DNA of 64,000 nucleotides. It comes from Psammoneis japonica. Lineage: Eukaryota. Shown one piece after another: positions 59,641 to 64,000 of this stretch. Location: positions 62,001 through 126,000 of the forward strand of contig QPGO01000196.1 in assembly GCA_008632985.1 (NCBI GenBank), in the 5' to 3' direction. How positions within the stretch are numbered: position 1 is the first letter of the stretch; every line of letters starts with the position of its first letter. Under the pieces are notes generated by a model that was not told the DNA's origin, did not search any database, and worked only from the letters and a program-made list of their open reading frames with translations. Made by a program: the position numbers and the translations under genes.

Positions 59641-62203
59641 CATTCAGTGAGGGCGCGTGAAAAACCCGGGTGTGATGCGTGTTTTTTCACTTTGGCGAAG
59701 GCCATTGAGCTGTTATCAAATTTATTTGATCACTAAGACGTGTGTTCACTGTTTCTCCTTTATCATGATCGTTGATCAATGAATCAACAGTTGCAATGGT
59801 CCGAACAGTTGCGGTGTTGCTGCCTCCAACACGTGAAGGGGCGTGACGCCTGGGGCACTCGGGGAATTTTCCCGGGTTTTTATGTGTGCTTCGTGCCCGT
59901 AGAAGTTGTACGGTGCTGCACTGCAACTCACGACGAAAAAGGCAACACGCGAGCCTTGTTGCCGCAGTGACAACAGAATGCACCAATAGAACAACAAACG
60001 TTGGTTTCTCGTCATGCCATCGAGTTTACAGCATCAACAGCAATTAGGTACGGCTGAGGAGGCAGAAGTGGGATCCTCACCATTGAGCATTCGAGGCTTG
60101 ATGGTCGCTGGTGTGGGTGGTGATGACGCGACAGAAGTATGTTTTTTACAGGTGACCATAGCAGAGGCCGACTGAGAGGGAGACGGCAGCGACAGTGGAG
60201 TAGAACATTGTCAGCTCAAGACCAACAACACTTGAAACACCTCTGTGTAGCAATAAAATGACAGAAACACTCACATTCTGTTAATTCACCATCTTCATCC
60301 CCATCACCAGAATTTTTGATTGTTGCACACAAGAGCATCGTGAGGCCTCCCGACCCACTGGCATTATTAATGTTTGCATTTCACCCATGAAAGATGAGAA
60401 GCAGTAACTCTCAAGAGCACCAGTAGTGAGTTTTAGACACTGCAGAAATAAAGGGAATGGAGAGAGTAAAAACAATGTAGCCGCACATGCCTTGAGCACC
60501 GCAGAAAAGGATTGACGTCATCATTCTTTGAAAAGACTCATCAAAATGCTATGAAGCATTCAGCACATTCATCAGCTCAAGAATGTCAATATAAACAACT
60601 GTGTGTAACAAAATGACAGGAAAGCTCACATTCAGTCAATTTGATTGTTGCGTTCGAGAGTGTCGCAATCGCGAAGTCGCGTCGCTGTGCATCCCGACCA
60701 CTGGCATTTTTGGTTGTTGCATCTCAATGAGTTGAATTGTTCAGCATCTGAACCACAGCAGGAAAGAGGAGAAATGGTAAGTCTCAGACAAAAAAGAAAG
60801 AAAGGGAATGCAGAGAGAATCAAAATAATGTTGGCACATGCCTTCTGTGTCGCACAGTGCATTGGCGTGTTGTAGCGGCATTCCGACCACCAGTGTTCCA
60901 CTAGCATTTTGATTCTTGCATTTTAACATCTTGAATTACTCAGCATCTGAACCACAGAAGGCAAGAGCAGAAATATTAAGTCTTAGACAACAAAGAAACA
61001 AAGGGAGAATCACAATAATGTGGCACAAACCTGGAGTGTCGCACAGTGCATCGGCGTGCACCGGCATCCCGACCAACAGCATTCCACCACTGTTTTTTTT
61101 AATCTCCCATTTCAATGTCTTGAATTTATCATCACCTGAGCCAGCAGGCAAGAGGACGAATAGCAAGCCTCAGTTAGCAAGGGAAAAAAGGGAGAATCAA
61201 AAAAACACCGCACATGCCTTGAGTGTCGCACGGTGTGTGCTGGCATCCCGATCAACAGTGTTCTACTAGCATTTTTGATTCCTCCATTTCAACATCTTGA
61301 ATTGCTCGGCAACTGAACTACAGCAGGCAAGAGGAAAAGTAATAAATCTCAGACAAGAAAGAAACAAAGTGAAAATCAACACAATGCCGCACACACCTTG
61401 AGCATCGCATGGCGTGCACCGGCATCCCGACCAATGGATTCCAATAGTGTTTTTGATTCCTCCATTTCAATGTCTTGAATTGCTCAGCAACCCTCTTGTA
61501 GCAGACAAGAGGAACAATAACAAGTCTCAGACAACAACAAAAAAACAAAGTGAAAATCAAAATAATGTTGCACACACTTGAGCATCTCATGGCGTGCACC
61601 GGTGTCACGACAACTGGAACTCGACTAGCAGCATTATTGATTGTTGCATTTTAAAATTGGTTAAATTGCTCTGCACCTGGCTATAGCAGGCAAGAGGAGA
61701 AATGGTAACTGTCAGACAAAAAGGAAACAAAGGCAATGCAGAGAAAATCAAAATGATGGTCTTGTTTCGCTGTCATCGGCATTTGCGCAAAACCTTAAGT
61801 GTGTGGTCGTGAACGTTTCGTAAGAGAAAAAAGAAGCATTCTTAGAAAATGCAGCAATGCTGTACACAGAATACACACATGTGTCATTGTACTTGCATGC
61901 CTTGCGGCATCGTACCGACTCAATCGCATCGTGGCTTTGCCACTGTCACCATTTATGCCGACTCCATTGTTGTTTCACTGTCGTTGCTGTTTATTGTCAC
62001 CTCTTGTACTCATCCTGCGATGAATTCTACGCAGACAAAAACCAGGCGTGATGCCCCGGTGCTTCACACCCGCGTTATTTATGCGGGTGTGACACCCCAG
62101 GTGTCACACCCCATAAAAAAAGGGGGTGTGATGCCTGTTTCTGAATCCGGGCGTCACGCCTACCCAGGCGTGACACCCGTGCGAAATGCGCCCTCACTGA
62201 ACG
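59641..62203. mobile_element. Non-autonomous TIR element of 2.56 kb with a probable 2 bp TSD
   Basis: TIR CATTCAGTGAGGGCGC / GCGCCCTCACTGAACG with flanks AT/AC. The host N4 sequence resumes (GGAATTTTAT|AAGTGTTTTCAC). Subterminal GCGTGAC(A/G)CC repeats. Confidence 0.82.
60640..61760. repeat. ~180-188 bp diverged tandem repeat, ~6 copies, inside the TIR element
   Basis: A GCATCCCGAC-like motif recurs at ~60689, 60878, 61064, 61243, 61422 and 61602, each followed by AGTCTCAGACAA-like motifs. Confidence 0.82.
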
Positions 62204-64000
62204 ACAAGTGTTTTCACTATGGACAGAAGTTCTTTTTTCCGTTGTAACGTATAACATTGAAATTCGTGCATGACAACAACATGGTTTTTGATTTGATGCG
62301 CTCCACATTTTCGGAGACTTTTCATTCTGTACTTGCACTTTTGCTGTTTGACCTTTATTAAGGTGAATTTGGCTAGCATTGTACAGGAGATTGTTGAGAC
62401 TACATGTCTTGATAGTAGTAACGTATAACGACGAGATGTTGTCGTGTTCTTTACGTTTTTCTCGTGTTGCGATTACCTGAATCGCCTCCATTTCCTTTGT
62501 AATTGATTGCATGTCGTTACGCATGGAAGTCTTGATAGTTTATTTCAAGTTAAGTAGTGAAGGACTTTTGTTGTTAACCTTCTAAGCAACTGTTCTAGTT
62601 GTGTGATGCCGTTTCAAGCTTTTCTTGTACTGGTGACATTTTGAAGTCACTTTTTGTCAGGTATAAACGATCATATATAGTCTTTCTGACAACTTCAAAC
62701 CTGTTATGAGTTCACTCATGTGTTGTATAAAAATATCTGGGGCTCTATAGCTTCTCATTGGAAGTTCATAGTGCTCATTTTCTCCCCACGGCATGATTTT
62801 CGTGTTGGCACGACATGTGCTTTTATAATTTGATGTGACAATGTCCCACATTCAAATCGAGTGAGGTTGTATATATGAAATTTCTGAAGTATATCCTGAA
62901 TGTTTGGTAGAGGATGCGGTGCACGTACTGGCCTCTTATTCAGTTCACGAAAGTCGGACAGAAACCGAGCTTCAACCATTTTTCTATTTTTTAAAGGTTG
63001 GAGCTGTCCATTCAGAATAGTTTATTTTTCTTTAGGACTTTTAGCTTACAGAGCCTTTCAATCTACTTACGAGTCGCCTCCAAGGCTTGTAGAAACAGGA
63101 AACCTTTTGCCTGACATGGTTTTGAGCCAGATTTCACTGCGAGGTTTTCCGGTCCACTTGCCTAGAGAACCATCAAAAAGAGTTTTAAATCTTTTCAAAG
63201 GGAAGATCAATTGCTTCTGCTCCTCTGGAGTCAGATGAGTTGCCGCAGCTGTCACATTATTGAGATTAGCAGTGTGATAATGTGAGTAGTCGAGGACCAT
63301 TGGTTCAGTTGTTAACTCTATTCACGGTGTCACATTTTTCAATGTGATCAGCATTCAGCTGGAAACATCAGCTTCGAAGAGTGGATCAACATTCTTCATA
63401 GATGTAGTTGCTTCTTCCTCTTTGATTTCTTCATTTGCATGGTCCAATGTGATTTCAAGACTGGACATTAAGTCGCATCTCATGATCGTGTCATATGGAC
63501 TTGAAGAAGAACAATTTTTATCAACACATGATGTTGTTTGTATCATCATATGCTTGTCAATTTCAGGCAAAGAGAACTGTATTGAACAGCGACTATCAGC
63601 CGTGAAGAGTCACCCTCGGTTTCCCAAGTTTTGGTGGCGGACTTCATTCTCACTTCCGTGTGAATTTGCGCAAAATTATGGATGACAATGTTCTTTAACA
63701 AAAAGAATGGCGTTGAAGCTTATTTTTTGCTTTCCTCAGAGAAGTGCTCATATGAACAGCGAGGATAGGACTAGCACAACATGCTATGATGCTTTTTCTG
63801 GATTGCCAGACGTCCTGTAATGCGTTATACTCCTCGAGTGGTATAAATTTTTGATCGGAATCGATCGGATCAATTTTTCCGAATTGACAGTTTCGTTCAC
63901 TAAGTGTTTTAGAGTCGTAATTTTTGTTCTTATTTTTACGTTCCTTTGCCGAGGAACTCATTTTTATTGTTTTTGTGAACTGCCCAGTCACTGTGGCATT

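Larger units (their letters stand above)
25442..64000 (-). mobile_element. Non-autonomous gypsy N4, the basal host split into 25442-25693, 37049-37314, 58810-59640 and 62204-64000+
   Basis: Partial 3' LTR at 25442-25605 with the PPT beside it. The segments rejoin across TSDs TTAAC, CAG and AT/AC and are collinear with N1-N3. The element runs off the window end. Confidence 0.85.

Overview
This is eukaryotic DNA, most likely from a diatom or other stramenopile, inferred from the CoDi-type copia and Ty3/gypsy proteins. The window is almost entirely a deeply nested transposon cluster with no intact host gene. Resolved by LTR/TIR/TSD pairs: one Ty1/copia (10506-23988, -); three protein-coding Ty3/gypsy elements (C 25694-37048 +, B 29393-34570 -, D 37571-42958 +); four copies of a decayed but evidently mobile non-autonomous relative of B; a ~21.5 kb PIF/Harbinger-type element (37315-58809) with a duplicated four-ORF core; five copies of a ~390 bp MITE; three TTAA-flanked small DNA elements; a 2.6 kb TIR element carrying a ~180 bp satellite; and a 727 bp tandem unit with a tRNA-like Pol III cassette and telomere-like motifs. 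The most interesting signals are: (1) pervasive TpA->CpA/TpG substitution, the reverse of fungal RIP; (2) perfect 12 bp palindromes instead of a tRNA primer-binding site in two distinct gypsy lineages; (3) gag and pol in frame across a UGA in all three gypsy elements; (4) a conserved ~70 aa basic/coiled-coil ORF upstream of gag in C and D; (5) a helper/parasite LTR chimera. All calls were made by eye, with no searches run, so novelty is unverified.
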